Below, piece after piece: positions 29,761 through 41,999 of a DNA stretch of 61,629 bases. Location: contig CASHTH010001844.1 in the NCBI GenBank assembly GCA_030341885.1, forward strand, positions 1 to 61,629, given 5' to 3'. This stretch comes from Geodia barretti. Lineage: Eukaryota. A model generated the notes under the pieces. That model did not search any database, was not told where the DNA came from, and saw only the letters and a list, made by a program, of their open reading frames with translations. Within the stretch, counting starts at the first letter, position 1. Each line of letters opens with the position of its first letter. A program made the position numbers and the translations under genes.

Positions 29761-32262
29761 CTAAAAGTCGGAGGTAGACTGGTTGTTGATTGACCTCAGA
29801 TGTTGCTCGCCAAGAAAGACGTGGTTTCGGTCCCGCGCCAACACGTGCAGCAGAGCACGAAGCGACATCCACCACTGCTGCTTGGGCATCCGGTGAGCGA
29901 AATCCGTCTCCTCGATGAGGTCTTGGATTGGAGTGGTCACCATGCTGGTTCCCCTGATCCCCACCATACATGCAGACTGTGGGTCCATTGCCCGACTTAT
30001 CCCCCCTCCCCCACCACCTGTGCGCAGAAGCTTTTCCATTTGCTCCATGAAAAAATCGACGGCGTGTGCAGCATATTTCGTTCCGAGGATTCTGTCGTAC
30101 GGACTAGGCTTGTCGCCTTGCTGGAGGTGACCTAGAATGTTGGATTCGGTCACAAACATTCCTCTACCTTCTTCGGCCAGTAGCTGGCACATGAACTCGC
30201 TCGTGAAGTTGACGCTGCAGCGTTCGCTGCGTGTTATGATTCCCCGCTGTATGCCGTCCGCTTTAAATTTCCCCACGAGTCTAGCAACATCTTTGTGCAT
30301 GTCAGAGATTGTGAAGTTGTCCTCGAAGATGTATGCAGTGTCCGCCCCTGCTGCCAAACCAGCCATGGTGGCGAGGTAACCGCAGTAACCGCCCATTGTC
30401 TGGACAACAAACACTCGCTTGCGGCTGGCGTTGGCCGACTGGCGCAAAACGTCGCACATGGAGACGATAGTGTTGAGCGCCGTATCACTCCCCAGGCTGC
30501 AGTCGGTCCCGGGAACGTTGTTGCTGACTGTGGCTGCAATCCCGAGCAGAGGAATCTGGAAGGCTGGGTACTCACTCCGACGTTTCTGGAGTGTCACGAG
30601 ACTCTCGAATCCGTCAAACCCACCGACAATCAACAGGCCCTGGATCCCGTGTTTGGTAACCTTTTCGGCAATGGTCGGGAGCGTCTCTTCATTCGGCGAC
30701 GTACGGTTTGTACCGAGGAAAGATCCACCGGCCGAAGCCCACTCGGACACGTCATGCCACTCCATCTCTCTCACCCTGTCAAGGAGTAATCCCTCGAAGC
30801 CTTCCTCGATACCCAGGACGGTGTGCCCACTGTAGGTCATGAGACGAACGAAGGCTCGAACGGTGCTGTTCATTCCTGCCGCTGGACTCCCTACATTCAT
30901 GATGGCCACACGATACGAGTTCCCAGACTCATTTAGCGAGGGGTTGGACCCGCAGCCTCGAGGACCGCATGAAGAAATACGGCGCGAGACCGTGATGTTC
31001 CGGAGGAAACTGCTCCCTCGCAGAGCCTGTGCTCGTTTAAAGTTGCACTCTTGCATCGCTCGATTGACATTCCTCGTGGCTTCCACGCACTCCATGAGGG
31101 GAATCCGGCAAATGTAGTTGCCCTGTACGCCGATCATCGTGGGGGGAATTTCGCCAGTAGCCTGAAGGAGGACAAGTACAGCCGCAGCACCCATCCTGCA
31201 TGCGATGAGTCGATCGTACGCGGACGGTTTTCCTCCTCGCTGGACGTGACCGAGCACAGTGATCCTCGTATCGTGACCGAGCTTCGTTTCGATCACCTTC
31301 TTCACGTACTGGGAAGTGATTGGCTTGTTCTCCTTGTCCACCGCCCCCTCCGAGACAATCACGATGCTCAATCTCTCCCCGAGACCACAACACGTCTGCA
31401 TTTTCTGACACATGACGTCTTCCCATCCTGGCTCGGGAGGCTTTTCGGGGATAAGGACCCAGTCTGCACGACCGGCAATTGCCGCCATTTGTGCGAGGTA
31501 CCCACAGTGACGGCCCATTACCTCCAGTACAAAGCTCCTCTGGTGGCTGGCGGCGGTGCTAGTTAGGCAGTCAACGGCCTCGATGATGCGGTGGAGAGCT
31601 GAATCGGTGCCGATAGTCATGTCAGTTCCACACATATCGTTGTCAATGGACCCCACAAGCCCAACAATGTTGAGAAACCTGCACTTTGCTGCTTCCTCTG
31701 CAGTGATTCGCTGCTCTTGCTGCAATTCAGCTAGAAGCCCCATCCATTCCTCCTTGAAAACGCTGGCTCCGGTCAGACTGCCGTCGCCTCCAATGACCAC
31801 CAGGTTCCCTATGCTCCTTTTGACGAGATTGGAGGCTGCTCGTAGCCTGCCTTCCCGTTCGCGGAAATCCCGGCATCTCGCGGTGCCGATGGCCGTCCCG
31901 CCTTTGTGGAGGATGTTGGAGACGCTGTTCCAGCTGCACTCCTCCATCCCCTTCTCCCCGCCGTCCACGAGGCCCTGGTAGCCTTCGTGCACGGCGTACA
32001 CACGCATCCCGCGGTGGAGGGACAGGCGAACAATGGCTCGCAAAGCCGAGTTCATACCCTGGGAGTCTCCCCCGCTCGTCAGCACAGCCACGCTCTTTCC
32101 CACCCCGTCCACCGCCATGTCCACGTCCTCTGACAGCGCCGTTCCGAAGGAGAGTCGTACGGCCTTCGTCTGATGCGCCATGTCCTCGGGGCTCAGCAAT
32201 GACGTCTGCGGCTCCTTCTCCGACGGTAGGCGCGTCCTTTTCCGCAGGGGTAGAACTTCCAT
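29761..32262 (-). CDS. PFK: ATP-dependent 6-phosphofructokinase paralog, intronless, convergent with the first
   Basis: 833-aa ORF, MEVLPLRKRTRLP...VAVLTSGGDSQGMNSALRAIVR...IMNVGSPAAGMN...QTMGGYCGYLATMAGL. It runs tail to tail with the + copy; the two stop codons are ~600 bp apart. Confidence 0.9.
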   Translation of the reverse strand: MEVLPLRKRTRLPSEKEPQTSLLSPEDMAHQTKAVRLSFGTALSEDVDMAVDGVGKSVAVLTSGGDSQGMNSALRAIVRLSLHRGMRVYAVHEGYQGLVDGGEKGMEECSWNSVSNILHKGGTAIGTARCRDFREREGRLRAASNLVKRSIGNLVVIGGDGSLTGASVFKEEWMGLLAELQQEQRITAEEAAKCRFLNIVGLVGSIDNDMCGTDMTIGTDSALHRIIEAVDCLTSTAASHQRSFVLEVMGRHCGYLAQMAAIAGRADWVLIPEKPPEPGWEDVMCQKMQTCCGLGERLSIVIVSEGAVDKENKPITSQYVKKVIETKLGHDTRITVLGHVQRGGKPSAYDRLIACRMGAAAVLVLLQATGEIPPTMIGVQGNYICRIPLMECVEATRNVNRAMQECNFKRAQALRGSSFLRNITVSRRISSCGPRGCGSNPSLNESGNSYRVAIMNVGSPAAGMNSTVRAFVRLMTYSGHTVLGIEEGFEGLLLDRVREMEWHDVSEWASAGGSFLGTNRTSPNEETLPTIAEKVTKHGIQGLLIVGGFDGFESLVTLQKRRSEYPAFQIPLLGIAATVSNNVPGTDCSLGSDTALNTIVSMCDVLRQSANASRKRVFVVQTMGGYCGYLATMAGLAAGADTAYIFEDNFTISDMHKDVARLVGKFKADGIQRGIITRSERCSVNFTSEFMCQLLAEEGRGMFVTESNILGHLQQGDKPSPYDRILGTKYAAHAVDFFMEQMEKLLRTGGGGGGISRAMDPQSACMVGIRGTSMVTTPIQDLIEETDFAHRMPKQQWWMSLRALLHVLARDRNHVFLGEQHLRSINNQSTSDF

Positions 32263-33603
32263 TTGCGTACTCTCGCGGGGTGAAAGTTGCTGTCAACGTC
32301 AAGCACAAAAAGCGGAAGATGGTGCTCTCTGATTGCTCCTCACCGTTTTATAGGCATGTCCCCTGCATTCCTAACCTCTAGTGACCCTTACCCTTGGCGT
32401 GTCTCCAGTCATAAATCACTTTGAACCTGCAATTTCCTCGTCTGAATTATCCTCCGGATTTGTATATAATTATACCAGCTCTAGGCTGGTATCTATATAG
32501 TGTCAGCCAGCTATAGCTGGCAGCTACTGTAATTTCAGTACCACCTTTGAAAGGCATAAACAACTAAAGTTCAACTTATACAAGGTCTACATCACTCTAG
32601 AATGCCCCCGTGACCTACAATTAATTCCAACTGAAAATTCTGCAGAAATGGATTGGCCAAACTGCAGACTATTCCCTCCCACTAATAATGCAGTAAACCA
32701 GCCATTGGACCCAACAGTTAATGTTTGCATGTGCAGATGTTTTGTAAAGTGGTACGTCACCAGCATGCGAAACAATGATTATTATAAATTTTTTTGTTAC
32801 CCTAGGGGCTGTTGTTTTTTCCTTCGTACATTTTGAAAGTATTTTAGATGATAGAAACATCCATATTTTTTACAAGAATGCATAGCTTAGCATGCATGAG
32901 ATGCCACAATGTCAATACAATAGCTGGGACATTTGATGCCGGAATGAACTACTATAATTGCAATAAAGGAGTGAATTTGTGACGATAAGCCATAAATGAT
33001 ATCAGTGCATGTAAAATACACACCTATAACCGTAATTGATATACAATTACAAAAACACAAACAGATAAACGATGACGCCAACAACAAAAATAAATTGCCA
33101 GCACACAGTTAGTGAAGCTTGAAATCAAGAACTGCGCAGTTTCATAACACTGTCGGTACAACAATTCATGGGTGATCTACTGCCCAGGTACAACCCGGGG
33201 CAGAAGGATAATCCCGCGTTGCAGTGGTCAAAAAAACGGATAAAACATCTCACCAATAAACTAAAGAATTGTCTAGAGATGGTAGTGAAAGCGTACAACG
33301 CTCCCGAATGCAAGGGAATCTGTTGGGTAGTAGTATAATGTTGTCCTCTTAGAGGATACATAGGTTAAAGAAAAAACGGGACTCCTAGCCAGCTACGTAC
33401 TACACATGAGCATGTAGCCACGAGAGAGTTGAAATTGAAACAAAACACAAAGTTTGACACACAGAATAGCAACTATAGCGGGGGAAATTCCGTATCCTAA
33501 CTGAGCTCTTTCGCCTAGTGACTCACACACATTATTCACACATACACACACACTCTCTGTACACCAGACACCACTACACATGATTCGAGGTTAGTGAAGA
33601 TGG

Positions 33604-35637
33604 TTAAGTTGTACCTGCGTTAGCATTGGAGCCCGGGTGCGTGTTTATTGTTTGGGCAGGAGACAAATCGCTCGAAGCATTCGAGTCTGATCCTTTTTGA
33701 TAAGGAGCCGCTGCTTGAGGCTGTTGTGGAAGGTAGTTTGTTCCACAGCTGGCACTTGCGTTAGTATCCAACGGTGGAAGAAGTGTGACAGCTTCGAACT
33801 TTATGAGCTCGGGCTGATGCTGAAGGCGTCCTAGTGGGCACGCCACGTCTTGTTGCATCACAGCCTCTTCAACCACGGGGATGTTGTCCTCTCGGAGCCT
33901 CAGCTGCCCTTCGCTGGCGACATCGGGAGCAGTTACCAACTGTTGCGTGGCATCGATAGGGACTTCGGAGAGCTGGGGGTAATCGTTGTACTGGGTCACA
34001 CCAAGGGAACTGGAGGTGTTGCTGCCAGAACTGGCTTTGCTCAACTGCATCAAGTAGGCGTGCATGAGTGGGTTTTCATGGGTTTGGCTGGGAGCTGGCA
34101 GTGGCTGGCATGGAAGCAACGGTGCTGCGGTAGCTTGGTTTCTTGCAGCGGTCGACGACGCTTGTGACATCATCAGAGATTGTCCGTCGGACGACGCACA
34201 CTGGGTTACGAATTCCCCTCCTAATACACCGGCATCCCCGCTAGTGATGGTCATTGGCGCTGCATTGGTGTTCATGTGGGAATCCTCACTCCACATATTC
34301 AGTATCTGAGAGGGCGGATCCACGACCTTGATCTCTACCTCCCCGTGCGACTCATTCCCCACCACTCTCCTGACGTTCAGAGCGTCGTCCCTGACGTAGC
34401 TCCCCCCGCCACCTCCCCTCCCTCCTCCTCCCCCCGAATACCCACCACCTCCTCCGCCTCCGTAAAGTCCCACTGCACCTCCGCCACCAAACCCACCGTA
34501 CTGACCCCCCATCCCCCCCTCGAAAAAACTTCTCGCTGATGACGAATTCTGCATAAATCCGGCACCGCCGTACCCCCAACACGGGCCCGAAAAACCGTCA
34601 GAGTTTGCATCTTCCCCCGGCGTGCCACCAGTGCCTCCTTTCCCGTGCTCCTTCCCCACGCCGTCCGTTCCCCATGTCTCGAGGTTTGCGTCGCACCCAT
34701 CTTCGTCGCGTTCTTCCAGCCCTCGCGTCCCGCCCCCTCCCCCCGCTGCGATCAGCAAGTTGCTCTGGGAGATTTCGTTCACGGCGACAAACGAACCCCC
34801 ACCCCCACCTGTGTTACACACACTCATCGTAGACATTGTCCCCACAAGGACGATGAGAACATCTCCAGATTTAAGAGGGAAGGACCCGCTAATGATGGCC
34901 CCACGCCCTCCGTAATGCACCTTCCCATCCGCACCCTTTGCTCCCTTTGCCGTCAGTCGATAGTATCCGTCCGTCGGGATACGGATACGATGAATTCTTC
35001 TCATTCCTTTGATCCAGGTCGGGAACGAATCGCACTTGGCCACTACGGACTTGCTCCACATACCCCAACCCGCCACATTCTGCGATCGGATCCGAAATCG
35101 GTACTTGTACCCGGGGCAGATGTCCTGGATGTACGAGGCAAGGACGTTCCCAGGGACCATAATGGACTGGGGTTCGCTGTCAAAGTACGAACTGCTCTGG
35201 GTCTGGCTCACCTTCAGCGCCGTCTCACCCGTATTTGGTAGATTCTCGTACTCGATCTCGTACCACTGGACGTCAGTGGCGTAGTGAGGCAGCTGCCACT
35301 TGAGCTGCAGGAGATTGCTGTACACGCTGCTCAGCTCTACCTCGATTTCTTGCGGGACCGTACCACCGCCCACGGCTCCTAGTTTTCGCAGGTCTTCCAT
35401 GATACTCAGCGGGATGTAAAACGGGATGTCCTTGTACGAAACCGTTCGCTGGAGACTGCGATCTTCTTCGCTCAAAACTCTCTCCATCCCCTGAAACACC
35501 AAGAGGTAGTGGACGAGAAAATCGACGTCGTGTTTCCCGAGGACGCTATTCAGGGAGCCCTGGGCGGCGCTGATATCGTTGAAGGCCGCTTTGATTCTCG
35601 TGAGCTGGTCTTCCATCCCTTGTTTCCTATCAGAGTA
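33604..35637 (-). CDS. TRIM-like gene paralog 1, second exon: coiled-coil end, FN3, TNF-like, ALK/LTK-type glycine-rich domain, then low-complexity tail
   Basis: The acceptor acacag|TAC gives YSDRKQGMEDQL... in phase with the upstream donor. FN3: PGYKYRFRIRSQNVAGWGMWSKS. TNF-like: YYRLTAKGAKGADGKVHYGGRGAIISGSFPLKSGDVLIVLVG. Gly-rich domain: TGGGGGSFVAVN..LLIAAGGGGGTRG...GFGGGGAVGLYGGGGGGGYSGGGGGRGGGGGSYV...VVGNESHGEVEIKVVD, against human ALK GGGGGGATYVFK..LIIAAGGGGRAYG...[22 protein letters not shown]...VMEGHGEVNIKHYL. A ~260-aa S/T/Q/P-rich tail follows. Confidence 0.75.
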   Translation of the reverse strand, partial: YSDRKQGMEDQLTRIKAAFNDISAAQGSLNSVLGKHDVDFLVHYLLVFQGMERVLSEEDRSLQRTVSYKDIPFYIPLSIMEDLRKLGAVGGGTVPQEIEVELSSVYSNLLQLKWQLPHYATDVQWYEIEYENLPNTGETALKVSQTQSSSYFDSEPQSIMVPGNVLASYIQDICPGYKYRFRIRSQNVAGWGMWSKSVVAKCDSFPTWIKGMRRIHRIRIPTDGYYRLTAKGAKGADGKVHYGGRGAIISGSFPLKSGDVLIVLVGTMSTMSVCNTGGGGGSFVAVNEISQSNLLIAAGGGGGTRGLEERDEDGCDANLETWGTDGVGKEHGKGGTGGTPGEDANSDGFSGPCWGYGGAGFMQNSSSARSFFEGGMGGQYGGFGGGGAVGLYGGGGGGGYSGGGGGRGGGGGSYVRDDALNVRRVVGNESHGEVEIKVVDPPSQILNMWSEDSHMNTNAAPMTITSGDAGVLGGEFVTQCASSDGQSLMMSQASSTAARNQATAAPLLPCQPLPAPSQTHENPLMHAYLMQLSKASSGSNTSSSLGVTQYNDYPQLSEVPIDATQQLVTAPDVASEGQLRLREDNIPVVEEAVMQQDVACPLGRLQHQPELIKFEAVTLLPPLDTNASASCGTNYLPQQPQAAAPYQKGSDSNASSDLSPAQTINTHPGSNANAGTT

Positions 35638-35639
35638 CT

Positions 35640-35880
35640 GTGTTTATAGGAGAGAAGGAAGAGAGAGAGGGAAGAATAATAACAAATGAAGGGAGAAAGT
35701 AGGAACGGTTTCAGGAAAGGGGAGAGGTAAGAAACATGGGGCGAAGGGAGGAGGGGGAAAGAGGGAGAGAGATTACAAAGGGAGTGAAGTGTGTTAGAGA
35801 GAGAGAGAGGTAGGGAGGGTAAAGGGGTGTGACAATGTGTGGGACAGAGGAATGCACAAGTCTGTCTACGTTTGGCACGA
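35640..35880. repeat. GA-rich low-complexity tract (intron of TRIM paralog 1)
   Basis: ggagagaaggaagagagagagggaag...gagagagagagg. Confidence 0.8.
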
Positions 35881-36589
35881 ATGAAAGAAATGCAACCGTA
35901 AAAGGGCAACAGCTGCTCCTGTCATAGCGACCATAATTATTCCAACAATGGGAATCCTTCCCCTCCCCAACATTGGCATAGTGCAGTACACACATAGTAA
36001 GAGTGGCCATTATGTGTTCAGCAAAGAGAACTATGTACATAGTTTGTATAAACCCATTAGGCTGCCAGGGTATTCAGTGGCCCAAAAATGGCAAGTGTTT
36101 GAAGGAGCACTCATCTTTTAACAAAAGGTAAAAACTAGCAAATTTCGAAGGAGAGGCCTCCATCTACTGAAATGCACGATTGCTTTTCGAAGCATCACCA
36201 AAGCTGGTGGCAGATGTATCAGGTTCAGGGGGGCCCCTGCAATTTGTCCCTCTTATTGCACAACACACTGCACCATGCCATAATGCAAGCCGCCACAATA
36301 TACCTTATGTCCCCAGAACATGCACATAGTTTCACGCCATTCATTAGTACATAGCCAGCAACTACGGACCCTTTTAAGGTGTGTAGCTGACCTCAGCCCC
36401 CTACACTGCTGTGGACGAACAGCTCGTGAATATGTTAACATTGTGAAAGTACGGTAATGCACTTCAGTTGTACTGCATATTGGCAAGTGCACTAACGAAT
36501 GTAGAAGTTCTCCACCCTTCACAAGCTTCTTTCGATGGTCAAAGCAGAAGGGAAAAGAAAGGACAAAAATCTGCCAGGAGTCAACGCAA

Positions 36590-36680
36590 TACATGTCTCA
36601 ACAACTTGGTAACGAGGTAGAAAGACAAGGTAAGGCAAACAAGTCAACTAGACCCAGGACAACTGTTCCCTTTCATAGAC
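36590..36680 (-). mobile_element. SINE tail fragment
   Basis: gtagaaagacaaggtaaggcaaacaagtcaactagacccaggacaactgttcc matches the tail of the 59960 element. Confidence 0.5.
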
Positions 36681-37872
36681 ACAGACAAGTCACACATCAC
36701 ATACATATACAGACAAGCAAAAATCTTGGCCGCCCAGATTGAACTCCTGACTCTTTCACGCCATTAATGTGTATATAGACCCTTCAATTGAGCAGGCTTC
36801 CAGGCTCCAGCTACTAATGTTCACTGATATAGTGTAGGGTTCAAGACTGAATAGGTTTGCACTAACAAGAGATTGGATGTACTTGGCAAGAAGGCACAGA
36901 AGAAAAGAAACAATATTATTAACCTTAGCATAAGACATGTGCAGTCTCACACAACTTAACTGGCTAGTGAAGTTAGTCTACCTAGTCGTCTAGATGTTCT
37001 ATCATGTTTTGCCACCCTTACTGTAATGTCCTACATAATTCTAAACACGTGTAGGTAAGTTTTGCTACTCACGATGCAGCCAGAACACTCGCATGCACCA
37101 GAGAATCTAGCACTGCAGCTTCCACATAGTATAGTAGCATTGTACCAGTTGGGCTTCACTTTACAGTCCACATGATCAGTGGTGAAGGCTGTTATTTCAG
37201 CCCAGTCTATAGTAGACATGTGACCAATTACATGACATCACAGGCTTCAGTGTTCACCGCAATGCTTGTATGTAGGTGGGCCAATTCAAAACCTGTTTCA
37301 CAAACAGGATAAACTGATCTTCTTCAGGGTATTCAGGAATTGTGTGCGCATATGCAGAATCCAAATATGGGTATTGAGGGTGGATGCATGATGTATATGT
37401 ATGTATGTTTCCATGATTACTTTCCAATAGCAAGAGACGGTATTTGGCATGCAATTACACTGCGATCGCCCACATGTATGTTCCTAGAGCTATGCCATAG
37501 TGAGTGGATACATGTACAGCGATTCACAGAACTAGAGTGCCTACTATAACACACATAGGCACAGTACATTATACCTTAGTTTGATGCTGACCATACAATT
37601 ATGGGTTAATCGTCATGGGCACACCCTCTCTAATTAAGGCACCCTAAAATGAAGGGAGTTTGATGAATGTATATACAAGCTTCCACATGCAAAGTTTTCT
37701 AGGCCTGCTAGGAATGAACCCTGGGAACTTGCAGTAAGGTTTACAAACACATGCTTTAGCATTAATTACTCAATCTCCACTCTCTCTTCTCTTTCCCTCA
37801 CCAGCCACAAGCATATTCACACACACACACAGTCACCAGTACACTCTCTCTCTCTCTCTCTCCCGCACAAAC

Positions 37873-38697
37873 CTCGGCCTGGACATGTTTCATCAGCGTC
37901 ATCTGTCTCTCTTGAATGATCTCGCGGATCTCCGAAAACTTCTGCTGGATCTGATTCTTTGTTTGCTCCACGGTCGGTCCCAGCTCGGCGTTGTTTGCCG
38001 ATATACTCCCCAGTGCCACGTTCAACTTGGCCAGAATCCCCTGGCTGTACTTGACCATCCGCTTAGCCTGAGAGCGCAACGTCTGAACGGCGTCGTTAAT
38101 TGGCTCAAACTGGTCCCTCATATCGGCAAACTCGGGCCGCGAAGACTCGCACTCGCTGCAGGCAAACTGCTGAAATTTGATGGAGTAGAGCGTCGCCAGG
38201 ATTCGCGGGTGGTACAAGCAGTAGGCAGCGTGCGGATTGTTTACCTCGGTCATGAGCATGCGTCGATGTCGCGTGACGGGCTCAAACCCACGATTGTGCT
38301 CCGTCTTGATACACATGCTGCAAAACAGGGTGTTGTTCTTGGTCGGGTTGCAATCGAAGCAGACCCACGTCGCCCCCTCCTCACAGTGCAGCCCCTTGTA
38401 CTCACACTGCGGACCGACGACTTTGGTATCGACCCGTTTAGAGTCGCTGATCTTAATAATTTCGAGCACCGCGTGGTTTACCGGTATGAGTTTCGGGTCG
38501 GGCCTTGACAGCTCGTGGAGGGAGCTACAGAAGGCGCACTTGACCCCATAGCGTTTCCCGGCATGAATACTGACGAGTTGCGCGAGGCATTTGGTGCAGT
38601 AGGTGTGTCCACATCGCAAGACACGAGGCGTGGTGTCGTACTCGGTTCCGTACTGCTCGTTGCATATGGGGCACTCCAAAACCTGTACATATACATA
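37873..38697 (-). CDS. TRIM-like gene paralog 1, exon with RING, B-box and coiled-coil (start codon probably in an upstream 5' exon)
   Basis: The minus-strand ORF 37798..38700 starts at a TTG alternative start. Any true ATG lies upstream, likely across an acceptor tgtacag|GTT at ~38697. RING: CPICNEQYG...RVLRCGHTYCTKCL...CAFCSS. B-box: GPQCEYKGLHCEEGATWVCFDCN...CSMCIKTEHNRGF. Coiled coil runs to ...MTLMKHVQAE, then donor |gtttgt at 37872. Confidence 0.7.
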
Positions 38698-39627
38698 CAA
38701 TGGAGTGGTATACAGAGAAGCATGGGAGTCAACAGTTAGACATGTGCAGGGTCATTGAGACTCATTTATTCATCCCTAGCTGAAATAATTGGTCAGTGTT
38801 CACAAGTACAAAACTCTAGGGGGCATTGGCATATACACACAAACATTCACACTGGGCCCAGCCCAGTATAAAAATCACACAGGGCAGAAAAGAACCGGTT
38901 CACCAGAGCGTATGACACGACTCACAGAACGAGGGAGGCGGTCTACTACACGCGGGCAAGCGGAACCTCGTGCTCCGCTTGCTGAGGTAGCTAGCTACAT
39001 ACACAGTTATCCCTGCCTACATCTTACCCCCACACGAACTACGGTTACCAGACAGTCATCACAAACTCACAGAGGGCGTCGCAAGCACGTCCTGCTGCTC
39101 TGGGTTGGCCATCTCGTTAGCGGCCGCCGTCTTCGTCGTAGGAAGCAACACTCTTGCTGGCGACGACACGCACGCGTACACACGGATGCAGAGACCTTAG
39201 GAACGGCGTGGGTCATCCAAAGAGCTACTGTGTGGCTGGTGCGTGTGAACTTTCGCCTTGAAAATGAAGCGCACTCTTCTTCGGTTAGGCGGCGGACAGG
39301 CTAATTTTTTCTCCACAAGCGGACTCAAGAAATGAGACGGGTGAACCTCAAATGGTATGCGCATGCGCCTTGGCGTTCCGGTGCGGCCAAGAATGCAGTC
39401 AAGCCGGTTTCTCACGTGCGGATGTCACGCGACAATCGGGCGGCGCCGCGTCGACGCGTCGACGGAATCTACGCATGCTCTAAAACGAGGCGGGTCGTAA
39501 AAATTCAATTCCAGCTCTGCAATAGGTCACAGTACAGAGATAACGGAGCAAAATTCATAGGGAGTGTAATAAATTGTACCACAAATCCTATATAGCTGGA
39601 ATAAAAGGCTGCTAGATGTCTTTTGAT

Positions 39628-40154
39628 TTACTCATTGTCCACATGCACAATTTTCACATATCCGTGACCCTCATTTCCCAGCCATCGTTTCACGTCCATT
39701 CCACCTTCCAGCACGTAGCTCCCACCTCCCCCTCCACCTCTCCCACCCCCTCCTCCAGAATATCCCCCACCTCCACCTCCACCATAGTGCCCAACTGCAC
39801 CGCCTCCCCCAAAACCCCCGCCCTCCCCCGGGGTACTCGCACCCCCGTGGAGAAACGACTTTGCAGACTGCGACGCCGACTGAAATCCGGCCCCCCCATA
39901 CCCCCAACAGGGACCTGTGAATATCGCATCTTTCCCGCATTCTCCGTTCGAGCCTCCGTTGGCCCACTGTACCCCGACTCCATCGCAGCCGTCCCCGGAG
40001 CGAATATTGGCGTCTACCCCGTCATAGTCCTCGGAATCATGTCCACGTGTACCTCCACCTCCCCCGGCAGCAACGAGGAGGTCTCGCTTCTTGTTGACCG
40101 CCACGAAAGTTCCCCCTCCCCCACCCGTGCTCGGTCCGACCTTGCTCGACATTC
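39628..40154 (-). CDS. paralog 2 glycine-rich (ALK/LTK-type GRD) exon
   Basis: ctgtgag| acceptor. Translates MSSKVGPSTGGGGGTFVAVNKKRDLLVAAGGGGGTRG...GPCWGYGGAGF...GGFGGGGAVGHYGGGGGGGYSGGGGGRGGGGGGSYV...LGNEGHGYVKIVHVDNE*. This is collinear with the paralog 1 GRD. A GTAAAT donor just before the stop could instead splice onward. Confidence 0.65.
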
Positions 40155-41999
40155 CTCACAGAGCATTATCAGCTTGTCCATTCTGCAAACGCCAGGAAGA
40201 AAAAGGTTTAACAGAGAAAGTTGCTAAAAGTCAGCTGGTACTACATATAATACACACTCTAGCTCCAAAATCAGATCTCGTGCAATTTACACACGCAAAA
40301 TTACTCCCAAAGCCATTAAGAGCACTCAACGGACCAAAAACAAACTCATCGCACAAGTGTGGTTTTTGCTGTGGAAATGAGCACTCAATCATTTTAACTG
40401 GTATTCCGTGAAATGGAAAGATTAACTTCACATCAACAACAGACACCTAAAGGGTTTGGCAGCTATATACATAATAATTATGCATACCTATATACATACC
40501 ATATGTAACGTCTCGCGCCAGCAGCCGGAGAGCGTCCAGAGCGAGATAGGGATTTACATGGCAAAAAGTCTCTTAATGGCTCTATGTACAGCACTTTTAT
40601 AGCTAGTTGCTACGTAAATACATCACCACAGAATGTAATTAATTATGAGAGGTTCATAGGTTCAATAGGTTTACACATACACTAGAGTCGGCATTTTGAA
40701 CTCTTGTTTACTCGTGGTACTGGCTAATTTGGACAATTTCCGCCTCTTTACGAAGGAAGTTTACAGTTTCTTTATCGAGCTTTTGAAAGTGAAACCCATG
40801 TCCGTTCTTGCAACACTACGGCTGATATTATCCCTTTTTTGGTCGGGGCAAGGCGGTGCTTTTTCCTGTTTGGGTCTAATTGTGGTAACCATGGGTCACT
40901 TGCTCTAGCTGCTGGCAGGTCACTGTATGCGATCTGAAAGGGTGCCAAATCCCGTTAGCCAAAACTGGTCCGATTGCCTACTCCTGTGAATCGAGTATGC
41001 GCATTCTCTGCCCATTGCTGTGAGTGCATGGTGTAACTGCTCCATGTCAATTGAGTTAATAATAGTATGTGTCATCAACATTGTCAAACCAAAGCAAAGG
41101 TAAACAACGCGACACCTTATTACTGGGATTAGTTGTTGAAACGAAAGAAAAGGACGAAAGCCAAGGGCTTGTTTATTTCACGACAAAAAAAATCCGAAAG
41201 AAATACTGTTTAAGCATGCTGCACATGATCACGTTCGCGAAAAGTTGCTTTAGAACTATTCGTCGCAGGTGTAATGATACGCTGCTGACAAAAGCTGCTG
41301 TAAACACCACACCCACGACAGATATCGTCATCAGAGATACTACTATCATGATGACAATGATCACCAGGGTTGCACTCACGTCGACCACAACAATCATCAC
41401 CACTACGAGAAACAGAGTCACACGCCCGTGATTGCCATCACAGCATCGAGTATAGGCATGAGACATACCTATGTACTACGTACACCTACACATCAGCAAT
41501 AGCACGAATGCAAGTTAGGTAGTGTGGCGACTGCAGTTGTGTAACAAGGCCTGGAAAATGTGTGTGATCTCTTTTTGATGTGTGCTATTGCACTCTGCTG
41601 ACTTGTCATGAACCCACGGACACCAGCCAAGGTGTGATCCTCCCATGCAAGTGCATACTTCTATGGAGAAAAACTATGTATAAAAAATTTACACGTTACT
41701 TGGCGCATCACCCAACGCTCAGCTCCACTATTAACAATTGTGGGTCACTTTGACCCCTTTCACATACATTCAGATAAGCCTAGTGTAACACCCACCATCC
41801 ATTGCTAAAGGTTCGATATACAGTGGAACCTGTCTCTTTAGACAAATGAAGAACACCCTTCTAATAAGGACACCTTTCTTCCCCAAGAACAGTTCCCTTG
41901 GAACAAAGACATATCTCTCTAATGTGGGCACTTTCTTCTGTCCCATCAGCGTACTAGAGGGATTCTACTCAATTACGCGTGGAAATCTAAACTATTCAC

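Noticed and set aside
26796-32308. Numerous 60-200-aa ORFs overlapping or antisense to the two PFK genes (e.g. 27957..28535 -, 31727..32308 -)
   Set aside because: These are shadow ORFs of GC-rich, stop-poor coding sequence with Arg/Pro/Gly-rich nonsense translations. The PFK frames explain the region completely.
33850-35284. Pro-rich and Gly/Arg-rich ORFs overlapping the TRIM paralog 1 FN3-GRD exon on both strands
   Set aside because: They are products of the poly-GGN codon runs of the glycine-rich domain read in other frames or on the opposite strand (GGN becomes PPP on the complement).
37885-38551. 207-aa and 104-aa plus-strand ORFs
   Set aside because: They are antisense to the RING/B-box/coiled-coil exon of TRIM paralog 1. 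They have no homology or signals and the sense frame is strongly supported.
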